A program made the position numbers and the translations under genes. From NCBI GenBank assembly GCA_000384615.1, contig ARQU01000003.1, forward strand, positions 104,751-168,750: DNA of 64,000 nucleotides. Direction: 5' to 3'. This DNA is from an alpha proteobacterium SCGC AAA536-G10 (GTDB lineage Bacteria; Pseudomonadota; Alphaproteobacteria; Puniceispirillales; Marisalimonadaceae). The notes under the pieces were generated by a model, which ran no database searches, was not told where the DNA came from, and saw only the letters and a list, made by a program, of their open reading frames with translations. This document shows positions 19,442 through 29,680 of the stretch, piece after piece; position 1 is the first letter of the stretch, and each line of letters starts with the position of its first letter.

Positions 19442-19882
19442 TCAGTCTTTTATAAGGTCATGAACTGCATCTACAGCAAGCAAATATGAGTTCATTCCTA
19501 AACCAGCGATTATACCTGTCACAACTGGAGAAATATAAGATTTATGTCGAAAATTTTCTCTAGCGTAAACATTAGTTATATGTATTTCAATTTTAGGACC
19601 ATTAAACATACTTAAGGCATCAAAAATACCGATGGATGTATGTGTTAATGCACCAGCATTAATTATAACTCCACATCCATCATCAATCGCTTTATGTATT
19701 TCACTTATCAATTCACCTTCTACATTTGACTGAAAAAAATGTAAGTCTAAGCTGTAATCTTTACATTTTTCTAGGCATATAGATTTAACAGTTTCTAATG
19801 AAGCTTTTCCATACTTTTCGGGTTCTCGTCTTCCAAGAAGATTTAAATTTGGTCCATTAATAATGTATAGTTTTTTTTTCAA
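19442..19882 (-). CDS. aroQ: Type II 3-dehydroquinate dehydratase
   Basis: 146 aa with INGPNLNLLGRREPEKYG and HITNVYARE..R motifs. This is the classic aroQ-accB-accC order. Confidence 0.9.
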   Translation of the reverse strand: MKKKLYIINGPNLNLLGRREPEKYGKASLETVKSICLEKCKDYSLDLHFFQSNVEGELISEIHKAIDDGCGVIINAGALTHTSIGIFDALSMFNGPKIEIHITNVYARENFRHKSYISPVVTGIIAGLGMNSYLLAVDAVHDLIKD

Positions 19883-19946
19883 AATATCCCTCCAAATTCT
19901 AAATAAAATTTAAAATTGTCGATTTTAAGACATCAAGTAAAATAAA

Positions 19947-20669
19947 TTATTTCTCCCGGAAACTTTTTATCATTTGCTTTAAATTACTTTTTTGTAAAGC
20001 GCCAGGATATATGATATCACCAATAATAAAAGCTGGAGTTCCATTTAAATTTAGTAATTTAGCCACGTCTCTATTTTTCTTAAGTTTGTTTTCAATTTCT
20101 TTGCTTGTCATATCAATTTTTAGTTGATTGATATTTAGACCAGTTTTTTCTGCAATATTAAAAATTACATCTTCTGTTATTCTACCCCTTTTTTTCATAA
20201 GTGATAGATGAAAATCATTATATAAACCTTGCTTTTCTGCGGCAAGAGCAGCAGTAGCTGCTATATATGAACTTTGAGATAATATAGGAAGTTCAACAAA
20301 AACAAAGTCGACTTTTTTATCATCAGAAATAACATCCATAATTGTGTTCACAACTGATTTACAGTAACCACAATTATAATCAAAAAATTCATAAACTGTT
20401 ATATCAGAATTTTTATTAAAAATACCAGGATTATTGATGTTTTGAAGTAAAGTAATAGCATTATTTTTTTTGTTTATTTCAACTGTTTTTTTATACTCTT
20501 CAAGAGTTGATTTAATCAACTTTGGATTTTTAATTAAATAATTTTTTATAATTTTTTCAATTTCTTCTATTTTAATTTCATGAGAATAAGAAGGAGAAAC
20601 AATTAAAAAAAGTGAGACTAAAAATAAAAGTAATATTTTAATTATTTGATTCATATAATAACCTTTCAC
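19947..20669 (-). CDS. DsbA-family periplasmic thiol:disulfide oxidoreductase
   Basis: Signal peptide, CGYC active site (FFDYNCGYCK), thioredoxin fold with GTPAFIIG near the C-terminus. Confidence 0.8.
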   Translation of the reverse strand: MKGYYMNQIIKILLLFLVSLFLIVSPSYSHEIKIEEIEKIIKNYLIKNPKLIKSTLEEYKKTVEINKKNNAITLLQNINNPGIFNKNSDITVYEFFDYNCGYCKSVVNTIMDVISDDKKVDFVFVELPILSQSSYIAATAALAAEKQGLYNDFHLSLMKKRGRITEDVIFNIAEKTGLNINQLKIDMTSKEIENKLKKNRDVAKLLNLNGTPAFIIGDIIYPGALQKSNLKQMIKSFREK

Positions 20670-20681
20670 ATATTAATTTGA

Positions 20682-22040
20682 TTATTTCTTTATCTTCATT
20701 CTAGCTAAAATATCTTCCCCCCTTAATTTATAAGAGCTAGGTATAGAAGGCTGTTTGTTAGCTAAATCTATATATTTCTTTGCTTTAATAAAGTTCTTTT
20801 TTATTAGAGCCTCTTCAGCTAGAGCAATATAGGAAATACCCTTTTTATTAATTTTGCTAGACGATTTAGCTAACAATCTCCATAAATAGCTCCATTTAGG
20901 ATTGTTTTGAAGTAATTGTTCTAAAATCAGAATAGATTGATAAAGATGTTTTTTGTTATTTGTTTGAATATATGACTTCACTAATGAAAACTTGATAAGG
21001 TCATTGGATGGATTAAATTTTTCATTATTTGAATTAATTGCTTTTTTATATTCAATTATTGCTTTTTCAAAATTTCCATCTTTATAGTAAATATCTCCGG
21101 ACAATTCAAAAAAATATGGATAGTTTTTATACTCATTTTTTAAAGTTTTAAGATATTCATGAGCTAAACTATATTTTCCAACTTTGTAGCAAGCTATTAC
21201 TTGAGAATAATTAAATAAAAATGTATTTTTATTATCTTTATTTTTAAAAATCTTATCTGGATCACTTTCATATGATTTAATTTTATTTTTAATGTATTTT
21301 AACGATATTTTATTATCGTTAATTAATACATTTTGAGTTCTATTAGGAATATATTTTATCTTGGATTTATATCTTTTTAATTGGCCTAATCTTTCTTTTG
21401 AAAATGGGTGTGATCTGTAATAACGTGTAAATGAAGTTTTATTTAACACTTCTTCATTCCTTAAATTCATTAAGAGGCGCTCCAAACCATTAAAAGGAAT
21501 TTTTTTCTTTAGCATTATTTCTAATGCATATTTATCGGCTTGTTGTTCTTGAATTCTAGAAAATTGAAGTGAAGACTTTGAAGCGAGGTCTTGTGATCCT
21601 ATAATTAAGCCCATTGCTGAATTTGCATCTAATTTTCCACCAGCAGCTAGGGCAATGCCTGCTATTGAAGCAAACTTTCCATAATTAGATAAACTTTCAT
21701 TGTTAATGGACCTTGAATTATGATGATTTAAAATTAAATGTGCAACCTCATGAGCCAGAACAGCTTGAATTTCACTTAATGAATTGGATTGTTTTATTAA
21801 ACCAGTGTTTATGTAAATTTTATTTGAACCAGTAACAAAAGCATTATATTCATCATTGGAAATTAGTCTGGGATAATAAATATTATCTTTAACTTTTGTA
21901 TCAAATGTTGTTTGCAAAACTTTATGTAAAAAAAATTCAATTTCTGCATCTCTAATAATCGAGATACTTTGAGCGGCATATGCTAGCTTTGAAACAAAAA
22001 TTAAAATTATAAAAAATAAGGTTTTTATGTTGACCACCAA
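20682..22040 (-). CDS. M48-family metalloprotease with TPR repeats (BepA/YfgC-like)
   Basis: HEVAHLILNH zinc motif, signal peptide, C-terminal TPR-like repeats. Its start overlaps the rne stop by 16 nt. Confidence 0.8.
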   Translation of the reverse strand: MVVNIKTLFFIILIFVSKLAYAAQSISIIRDAEIEFFLHKVLQTTFDTKVKDNIYYPRLISNDEYNAFVTGSNKIYINTGLIKQSNSLSEIQAVLAHEVAHLILNHHNSRSINNESLSNYGKFASIAGIALAAGGKLDANSAMGLIIGSQDLASKSSLQFSRIQEQQADKYALEIMLKKKIPFNGLERLLMNLRNEEVLNKTSFTRYYRSHPFSKERLGQLKRYKSKIKYIPNRTQNVLINDNKISLKYIKNKIKSYESDPDKIFKNKDNKNTFLFNYSQVIACYKVGKYSLAHEYLKTLKNEYKNYPYFFELSGDIYYKDGNFEKAIIEYKKAINSNNEKFNPSNDLIKFSLVKSYIQTNNKKHLYQSILILEQLLQNNPKWSYLWRLLAKSSSKINKKGISYIALAEEALIKKNFIKAKKYIDLANKQPSIPSSYKLRGEDILARMKIKK

Positions 22041-24094
22041 CCTTTTTTCTTAATCTTTCCAGAATTTGAGTTTTCATCTATTTTCATTACCTCTATGGGA
22101 ATAGATGATTTCACTTCTCTTAAATCATTTTCATCTTTAGATTTAGTTGTTATATCAAATTTTTCTTCACTTTTTTTATTTTCTGAATTTATTTTTGATT
22201 TTGATTTTCGAATTGTTTTCTTTTTAGTATTTTTATTTTTAATCTCAATGTCTTTCGTGATATCTTCATTAATTTTTACAGCACTCTTTTCACCTGACGC
22301 TATTTCTTGGACTTTTTCTTTTTTATCTTTGATGATTGAATTAACCGAATTATCAATTGATTCAATGCTTTCAGGCTTTTTTCTTTTTCTTACAGGTCTT
22401 TTGCTTCTTTTTTTTGTATTTTGACTTTCATTATTATTAGAGGATAAATTTTCTTGTTTATCTTGAGAAGAATTATTTTGTTTAAAATTATTCTTTTTAA
22501 TCACTTCCAATTTCTTTGAAGGTGGAATAATTGTATTATCATTTATAAAATTAATAGATATACCATATTTTATTTCAATTTCATTTAGATGTGACCTTTT
22601 ATTATTCAAAATATGAATGATAATATCTGAGTGTGCTGAAACAGTTATTACTACATTTTCTAATGAGCTACCTTCTTCCTCAATAGATCTTAAAATTTGT
22701 ATTGCACTAACTTCTATTGATTGTATTCTTCCTGAGCCCCCACAATGTGGGCATAATTCTGAAGAATTTTCTACTACAGAAGGTCTAAGTCTTTGTCTTG
22801 ATAATTCAAGAAGGCCAAAATTACTTATTTCACCTATTTGAATTCTGGCTCTATCTTTTCGCATAGCCTCTTTTAATTTTTTTTCTATACTAATACGGTT
22901 TTTATTTTCTTCCATATCAATAAAATCAATTACAATTAAACCAGATAAGTCCCTTAATCTTGCTTGGCGTGCAAATTCATCAGCTGCTTCTAAATTCGTT
23001 TTTAAAGCAGTATCTTCAATAGATCTTTCTCTTGTCGCTTTTCCTGAATTAACATCAATTGCAACTAATGCTTCTGTTTGATCAATAATTAGATAACCAC
23101 CGGATTTAAGTGTAATTTTAGGATTAAAAATTTCATGTAATTGTGTATCTAAATGATATTTTTGAAAAAGAGGTTTTTTTTCATCATTATACAGTTGAAC
23201 TTTTTTTGCATGACTGGGCATTAACGACTTCATGTAATTTTTACATGTTTTATAAGCTTCGTTCCCATCAACCAAAACTTCATTAATATCGTTATGATAT
23301 AAATCTCTTATAGCTCTTTTAACTAACGATCCTTCCTCATGAATAAGAAAAGGTGCATTGGATTCAAGTGTTAAACTTTTAACATTTTCCCAAATATTCA
23401 TGGAATTTGAGTAATCTCTTTTAATTTCAGTTTTTGTTCTTTTACTGCCTGCAGTTCTAACTATAACAGCCATTCCATTAGAAACATCAAGGTCATCAAG
23501 GATTTTTTTTAATCTTTTTCTATCGGTTATATTAGCAATCTTTCTACTCACTCCACCACCTCTCGGAGTGTTTGGCATAAGTACACAATATCTACCAGCT
23601 ATTGAAATATAGGTTGTTAAAGCAGCTCCTTTTGTTCCTCGTTCTTCTTTTACAACTTGCACTAATAAAATTTGGCGACGTGCTATTACTTCTTGAATTT
23701 TGTAATTTCTATAGAGATTTTTTTTAACTCTTTTAATATCTTCTTCATTTAAATCGTCAGAACTATCTTCATTTATATTATCTAATAAATTTAGATCCTC
23801 ATCTGCTTTGGCAGATGCTTCGGCTATTAATTTTTTTTTATCTTCTACAGGAATTCTGTAATAATCTGGATGAATTTCACTAAATGCTAAAAAGCCCTGT
23901 CTATTCCCACCATATTCTACGAAAGCCGCTTGAAGACTAGGTTCAACTCTTGTAACTCTAGCAAGATAAATATTTCCTTTGAGTTGCTGCCTAGAGTGAA
24001 CTTCATATTCAAAATCATCTATTATGTCGTTTGTTGTAGTAATAACCCTAGTTTCTTCGGTTTGTCTTGCGTCTATTAGTAAACGTCTATTCAT
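22025..24094 (-). CDS. rne: Ribonuclease E/G
   Basis: S1 domain (NIYLARVTRVEPSLQAAFVEYG), catalytic core (DVNSGK, CPHCGGSG zinc link) and a Lys-rich low-complexity C-terminal tail. Confidence 0.9.
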   Translation of the reverse strand: MNRRLLIDARQTEETRVITTTNDIIDDFEYEVHSRQQLKGNIYLARVTRVEPSLQAAFVEYGGNRQGFLAFSEIHPDYYRIPVEDKKKLIAEASAKADEDLNLLDNINEDSSDDLNEEDIKRVKKNLYRNYKIQEVIARRQILLVQVVKEERGTKGAALTTYISIAGRYCVLMPNTPRGGGVSRKIANITDRKRLKKILDDLDVSNGMAVIVRTAGSKRTKTEIKRDYSNSMNIWENVKSLTLESNAPFLIHEEGSLVKRAIRDLYHNDINEVLVDGNEAYKTCKNYMKSLMPSHAKKVQLYNDEKKPLFQKYHLDTQLHEIFNPKITLKSGGYLIIDQTEALVAIDVNSGKATRERSIEDTALKTNLEAADEFARQARLRDLSGLIVIDFIDMEENKNRISIEKKLKEAMRKDRARIQIGEISNFGLLELSRQRLRPSVVENSSELCPHCGGSGRIQSIEVSAIQILRSIEEEGSSLENVVITVSAHSDIIIHILNNKRSHLNEIEIKYGISINFINDNTIIPPSKKLEVIKKNNFKQNNSSQDKQENLSSNNNESQNTKKRSKRPVRKRKKPESIESIDNSVNSIIKDKKEKVQEIASGEKSAVKINEDITKDIEIKNKNTKKKTIRKSKSKINSENKKSEEKFDITTKSKDENDLREVKSSIPIEVMKIDENSNSGKIKKKGWWST

Positions 24095-24506
24095 AATTGG
24101 TCTCCAATATTAATGTGTGATTAAAATTTTTACAACACACTATTTATTTGAATGAGGATTTATGAAAACAAATAAGGAAGCAACACCTAAAACGTGTTTT
24201 ATTAATTATTATAATAAAATAATAAAATACTTAATATTTTAAAATATTAAAAAACCTTTAAAAAATAATATAATAACAAATACCCTATAAATGATAAAGT
24301 AAGACTTGATTTCAACCCATTCTATTTAAACACGTATTTTGTGTTTCAGTTAATCTAATTATACTGTTTAATTTTAATAAACTTAATTATAATCAAATTA
24401 TTTAAATTCCATAACTATTTATATATCTATAACCTTATCAAGACAAACTTTATTTTTTGTTGTATTTAATTATTAACTAAACTTAAGGTAACCAAAAAAG
24501 AACATT

Positions 24507-25776
24507 GTGATAAATTTTAAATATACTCTTAACAATTTTTTCTTAATTACTATTTTTTTTGTTTCTTTACTCTTAAAAAATTCCAATGGGTTTGCTGATC
24601 AAAAAAACAAATTAGAAAAACTTTCTACTAGTTGTTCAATACATGAAAATAAAATTATATGCAGTAATTTTAATATAAATAACACATTCAAAGTTGGTTT
24701 ATTAAATGATCCATATAGAGTATTTTTAGACTTTGAAAAAAAAATTATTTTTAATAATAAAAAAAAATATAAAAAATAAATTTATTAAAAACGTTAGGTT
24801 TAATTCAACAATTAGTTCTGTGCCCAGACTTGTTCTGGAATTAAAAAAGCCCGCAATTATTTCTGAAATAATATATAATAAACATACTAATAATTTCGTG
24901 AATTTAGAAATTCGGTTTTCAGAGACAACAGTCACTAAATTTTCAATTGCAAAGCATATTTTAAAAAAAAATAATGGGAATATTTTGTTGTTTGAAGAAG
25001 AATTAAAAATCTCAAATTATAATAAATCTTTCAAATCAAAATCAGTTAAAGTCTCCAATGAAAAATCTAAAATTTTAAAAAATAATACCTCGAATGAAAA
25101 ATACATTGTATTTATTGACCCAGGTCATGGTGGCAGAGATCCTGGAGCTATAGGTCGTTTAGGCACACTAGAGAAAAATATAACATTAAAAATGTCTATT
25201 ATGTTGAGAAAAGCTCTAAAAAAGTTCAAAAATATTAATCCTATGTTATCTCGTAATAAAGATATTTATTTATCTTTAAAGGAAAGAACAAATCTAGCTA
25301 AAAAAAATAATGCAGATATACTAATATCTATACATGCCGATTCTAGTAGAAATATTAATGCGAAAGGGATATCAGTATTCAGTCTTTCTGACAAAGCATC
25401 GGATAAAGAGGCAAGAATGCTTGCTAAACGAGAAAATAAAGAAGACAATTTCTTTTCAAATAAAAATAGGATTAAAGATCCGATTATATTTGACACTTTA
25501 ATTAAAATGTATCAAAGAGAGGCAATGAATGATAGTGCTTTTTTAGCAAAAAAAATACTTGCTAATCTTGAAAAAACAAAATTAGCAGTTAATAGAGGTC
25601 ATAGATTTGCAGGTTTTTCAGTATTAAAATCATATGAAATTCCGTCGGTTCTTATAGAAATTGGTTTTTTGTCAAATAAACTAGAAGAAAAAAAATTGCT
25701 AAATACAAAATATTTAAATGAATTAAGTAATAGTTTAGCAGCAGCAATTAATAACTACTTTCATATTCATAAATAA
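24507..25776 (+). CDS. amiC: N-acetylmuramoyl-L-alanine amidase (AmiC-like: signal peptide + AMIN-like region + Amidase_3), split by a 1-nt frameshift in an A9 run
   Basis: Track ORFs 24507..24779 (signal peptide, PYRVFLDF) and 24733..25776 (PRLVLEL, then IDPGHGGRDPGA...HADS catalytic domain) are consecutive parts of one protein in frames 0 and +1. Removing one A from 24759-24767 joins them. Confidence 0.75.
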
Positions 25777-25820
25777 TAAATTGTCCTAAAAATGTCTAAT
25801 TTACTTTTTATATAATTAAA

Positions 25821-28553
25821 ATGAAACTTTTTGCTTATTTTATAACTACTTCATTTTTACTAATTATATCAGGAATAATAATTTTTTTTTATGGCTTATG
25901 GTATTTTGGTAAGGATCTCCCAGATTATAAAGAATTATCTAAATATAATCCAAAAGTAGTTACCAGAATTCATGCAGGAAATGGGGCACTTCTTGCTGAG
26001 TATGCAATTGAAAAAAGAGTTTTCTTACCAATTAACGTAATCCCAAAAAACGTTATTAATGCATTTATTTCTGCAGAGGACAAAGATTTTTATAACCATT
26101 TTGGTTTAGATTTAAAAGCAACATTAAGAGCAATTTTAACTAATATAAAAAATATAGGTTCTGGAAAAAGACTCATTGGAGCATCAACAATCACTCAACA
26201 AGTTGCTAAAAACTTTTTATTATCTTCTGAAGTATCATTTGAAAGAAAAATTAAAGAAGCTATATTGGCAATTCGTATTGAAAGAGCATTTTCCAAAAAT
26301 CAAATTCTAGAGTTATATTTAAATGAAATCTATTTAGGTTTCAAATCTTATGGAGTTGCAGCTGCATCTTTGAATTACTTTGACAAGAGTTTAGACAATC
26401 TTGATTTAGCTGAGGCCGCTTTTTTAGCAGCATTGCCAAAAGCTCCAAATAATTATAATCCAATTTACAAATTAAAGCAGGCGGTTAATAGAAGAAACTG
26501 GGTTTTGAATCAAATGAATAGAAATGGATATATTGATGATAAAACAAAAGAATTAGAGAGTATTAAAGTAATAAATATCCGAAAATCAACGGGTATTGAT
26601 GAGGGATATGCACCGTATTTTACTGAAGAAGTAAGAAAGATTTTATTAGAAAATAAAAAAATTGGGACAGGATTATATACAAATGGGTATTCAGTGAGAA
26701 CCACACTAGATCCTTTCATGCAATTTAATGCTGATTATGCACTTATAAATGGATTAGAGAATTTGGATAAAAGACAAGGTTGGAGGGGACCACTAGATAA
26801 TCTTGATTTGCTGAAACTTACAAATAATAAAATTTTAAAATATTTACAAAACATTCAAGAAATTCTCCCAAAAAACAGAGAAGCAGCTGTAGTTACTGAG
26901 GTAAATAAGGATCTTATAAAAATTTTATTACAGAGAGGAATTTCTGCAGAGATAAAATTTTTAAATGCAGCTTGGGTTAGGCCACAAACAATTAAAAAAG
27001 ATAAAAAAAATAAATTGAATATTTATCTGGGAAATAAGTTTAAAAATTTTAAACAATTTCTTAAAGTTGGAGATGTAATCGTAGCAAAAAAAAATTATAA
27101 TAAAGATAACTTCTTTTTCTCGCTTTCACAAGTTCCAATTGTAAATGGAGCTATTGTTGCTCTTGACCCACATACAGGAAGAGTTTTAGCGATGAGTGGA
27201 GGTTATAGCTTTAAAAATAGTGAATTTAATAGGGCAACTCAAGCAAAACGTCAACCTGGCTCTGCTTTTAAACCATTTGTATATTTGGCAGGTTTAGAAA
27301 GATTTTATAAACCTACAGATCTAATTTTAGATGCAGCATTAGCCTATGATCAGTGCTCAGATTGTGAAAAATGGAAACCCGCTAACTACACCAAAAAATT
27401 TTATGGACCAAGTCCAATGAGACTTGGCATTGAAAAATCAAGAAACCTTATGACAGCTAGACTTGCCATCAAACTCATAAAAGAAGAACAACAAATAGAA
27501 AACTATATTGAAAAGGGCTATTCAAACAAAATAATTGGAGAAAAATTAAACAAAGATATTCGTTTTGTAGATTTCATCGTCAAACAAATTGCTGCAAAAA
27601 AGAAAAACTCAAAAATAATAAAAAACAAGAATATAGAAAACTTTTCTATTAAGCATAATCTTGACAAAGAACAATTGCTTTCATATATAGAACAAAATTT
27701 AAATGTAGATCAGATACATAATAAAATTTTTGTAAACAAAAGTTTAATAAATAACTTACTTAAATCTTTATCTACTAAAAACATTATCCAACATTATGCA
27801 CATAAATTTGGAATTAGCAAAGATTTACCCCCATTTTTATCAATGTCATTAGGAGCTGGTGAAACTGATTTGCTTAGTTTAACTAATGCTTATGGGATGA
27901 TAATTAATGGAGGAAAAAAAATCACGCCGACTTTAATCGATCGTATTCAAGATAGAAGAGGTTTTACTATTTATAAACATGATAAGAGATTTTGTGAACA
28001 TTGTAACGGCAAAGATGCTCGTCCTAAAAATATTCCTTCAGTAGCAATCAAAGATACAAGAGAGGAAGTTATTTCATCATCTTCTGCTTATCAAATGGTA
28101 TCAATGCTAAAAGGAGCAATAGATAGAGGTACAGGAATTGTTATAAAATCACTTGGGAAAAACTTAGCTGGCAAAACTGGAACTACAAATTCAAACACAG
28201 ACGCATGGTTTGTAGGTTTTTCAAGTGACCTAGTTGTAGGAGTTTTTGTAGGATTTGATGATCCAAGACCACTTGGTTTCAAAGAGACTGGTAGTTCAGT
28301 AGCCGCGCCAATATTTAAAGATTTTATGAAAAATGCGCTTTTGAACAGTCCAGATATCCCTTTTAGAAGACCAGCAGGAATAAAAGTTATATCTGTAAAC
28401 TCAAAAACTGGTCTTCAAGTAAGTGCTGAAGATAAAAAATCTATAATGGAGGCTTTTAAACCAGGGCAACTACCAAATTTGATGTTTGATCAAAACTTTA
28501 TTGATTTTAAAAACTCAAACACAGTTATAAAAAATCTCTCTCCTCTATATTAA
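25821..28553 (+). CDS. mrcA: Class A penicillin-binding protein 1A (glycosyltransferase + transpeptidase)
   Basis: GT51 motifs (EDKDFYNHFG, RKIKEA), transpeptidase SxxK (SAFKP), KTGTTN. It carries an unusual ~102-aa insertion encoded at about 27477-27782. Confidence 0.9.
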   Translation: MKLFAYFITTSFLLIISGIIIFFYGLWYFGKDLPDYKELSKYNPKVVTRIHAGNGALLAEYAIEKRVFLPINVIPKNVINAFISAEDKDFYNHFGLDLKATLRAILTNIKNIGSGKRLIGASTITQQVAKNFLLSSEVSFERKIKEAILAIRIERAFSKNQILELYLNEIYLGFKSYGVAAASLNYFDKSLDNLDLAEAAFLAALPKAPNNYNPIYKLKQAVNRRNWVLNQMNRNGYIDDKTKELESIKVINIRKSTGIDEGYAPYFTEEVRKILLENKKIGTGLYTNGYSVRTTLDPFMQFNADYALINGLENLDKRQGWRGPLDNLDLLKLTNNKILKYLQNIQEILPKNREAAVVTEVNKDLIKILLQRGISAEIKFLNAAWVRPQTIKKDKKNKLNIYLGNKFKNFKQFLKVGDVIVAKKNYNKDNFFFSLSQVPIVNGAIVALDPHTGRVLAMSGGYSFKNSEFNRATQAKRQPGSAFKPFVYLAGLERFYKPTDLILDAALAYDQCSDCEKWKPANYTKKFYGPSPMRLGIEKSRNLMTARLAIKLIKEEQQIENYIEKGYSNKIIGEKLNKDIRFVDFIVKQIAAKKKNSKIIKNKNIENFSIKHNLDKEQLLSYIEQNLNVDQIHNKIFVNKSLINNLLKSLSTKNIIQHYAHKFGISKDLPPFLSMSLGAGETDLLSLTNAYGMIINGGKKITPTLIDRIQDRRGFTIYKHDKRFCEHCNGKDARPKNIPSVAIKDTREEVISSSSAYQMVSMLKGAIDRGTGIVIKSLGKNLAGKTGTTNSNTDAWFVGFSSDLVVGVFVGFDDPRPLGFKETGSSVAAPIFKDFMKNALLNSPDIPFRRPAGIKVISVNSKTGLQVSAEDKKSIMEAFKPGQLPNLMFDQNFIDFKNSNTVIKNLSPLY

Positions 28554-28571
28554 CTCTGTAGGGAACTAATT

Positions 28572-29679
28572 ATGCAAACTGAAATTCAAGTAAAATTTAA
28601 AGGTATTAACGATGGTTTAAGTATTTTAAAAAAAACATTTTAATTGGGAACACTCTCTAAATCGAATTAGAGAATTGGATGAATTAATTGAAACTGAAAA
28701 TTTTTGGAATGATTCATCTAAAGCTCAATCAATTATGAGAGAAAAAAAACAAATTGAAAAAATTATTGATTTAATTAAATTTATAGAAATTGAAAAAAGT
28801 AATTTATGTGAGCTGATAGATCTAGCGGAAGAAGAAAATGATAAAGTACTAATTGCCGAAACAATTTCCCAAATAGACGATTTAGCGCAAAAATGTGATA
28901 AAATACAATTGGAAAGTTTGTTATCTGGAGAAGCAGACAATAACAATTGTTTTATTGAAATTCATGCAGGGGCAGGTGGTACTGAGGCTCAAGATTGGGC
29001 CTTAATGTTACAAAGAATGTATTCTAGATGGTCAGATAAAAAAGGATATCGTGTTTCAATTATAGAAGAAAGTTCAGGAGATGAGGCAGGTATTAAATCT
29101 TGTACTTTATTAATAGAAGGATTAAATGCCTATGGTTGGGGAAAGACGGAGTCAGGTGTACATAGATTAGTAAGAATATCTCCTTTTGACTCTTCATCAA
29201 GAAGACATACTAGTTTTGCCTCAATATGGGTTTATCCAGAGATTAATAATGAAATAGACATAGAAATTGAAGACAAAGATTTAAGAATTGATACATATAG
29301 AGCCTCTGGTGCAGGCGGACAACATGTAAATAAAACTGATTCTGCAATAAGAATTACACATTTACCAACCAACACAGTAGTACAATGCCAGAATGACAGA
29401 TCACAGCATAGAAATAAAGCTCAAGCTTTGTCTATGCTTAAAGCAAAATTATATGAAATAGAATTAAAACGAAGAGAAGAAATTAATAATCAAAGCACCA
29501 ACGATAAAGGAGAAATAGGTTGGGGAAGTCAAATACGATCATACGTTTTACATCCTTATCAAATGGTTAAAGATTTGCGTACAAATATAGAAGTAGGTAA
29601 CGCTCAATCTGTACTAGATGGCGATATAGATATTTTTATTGAATCCGCTTTAGCACTGAAAGTAGGCATGAAAAGATAA
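28572..29679 (+). CDS. prfB: Peptide chain release factor 2, requiring a programmed +1 frameshift
   Basis: ORF0 is ATG 28572 ... TTT TAA (stop 28641-28643). The main frame (track ORF 28675..29679) is open from 28630 and contains SPF and GGQ motifs. The junction aligns exactly with the E. coli RF2 frameshift position: 22 residues from the junction to the conserved W in both. Confidence 0.9.
28638..28644 (+). promoter_or_regulatory. prfB +1 recoding site, UUU UAA U
   Basis: Frame 0 reads TTT(28638-40) TAA(28641-43). Frame +1 reads TTT(28639-41) AAT(28642-44) TGG GAA ..., continuing into RF2. Confidence 0.7.
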
Positions 29680-29680
29680 A

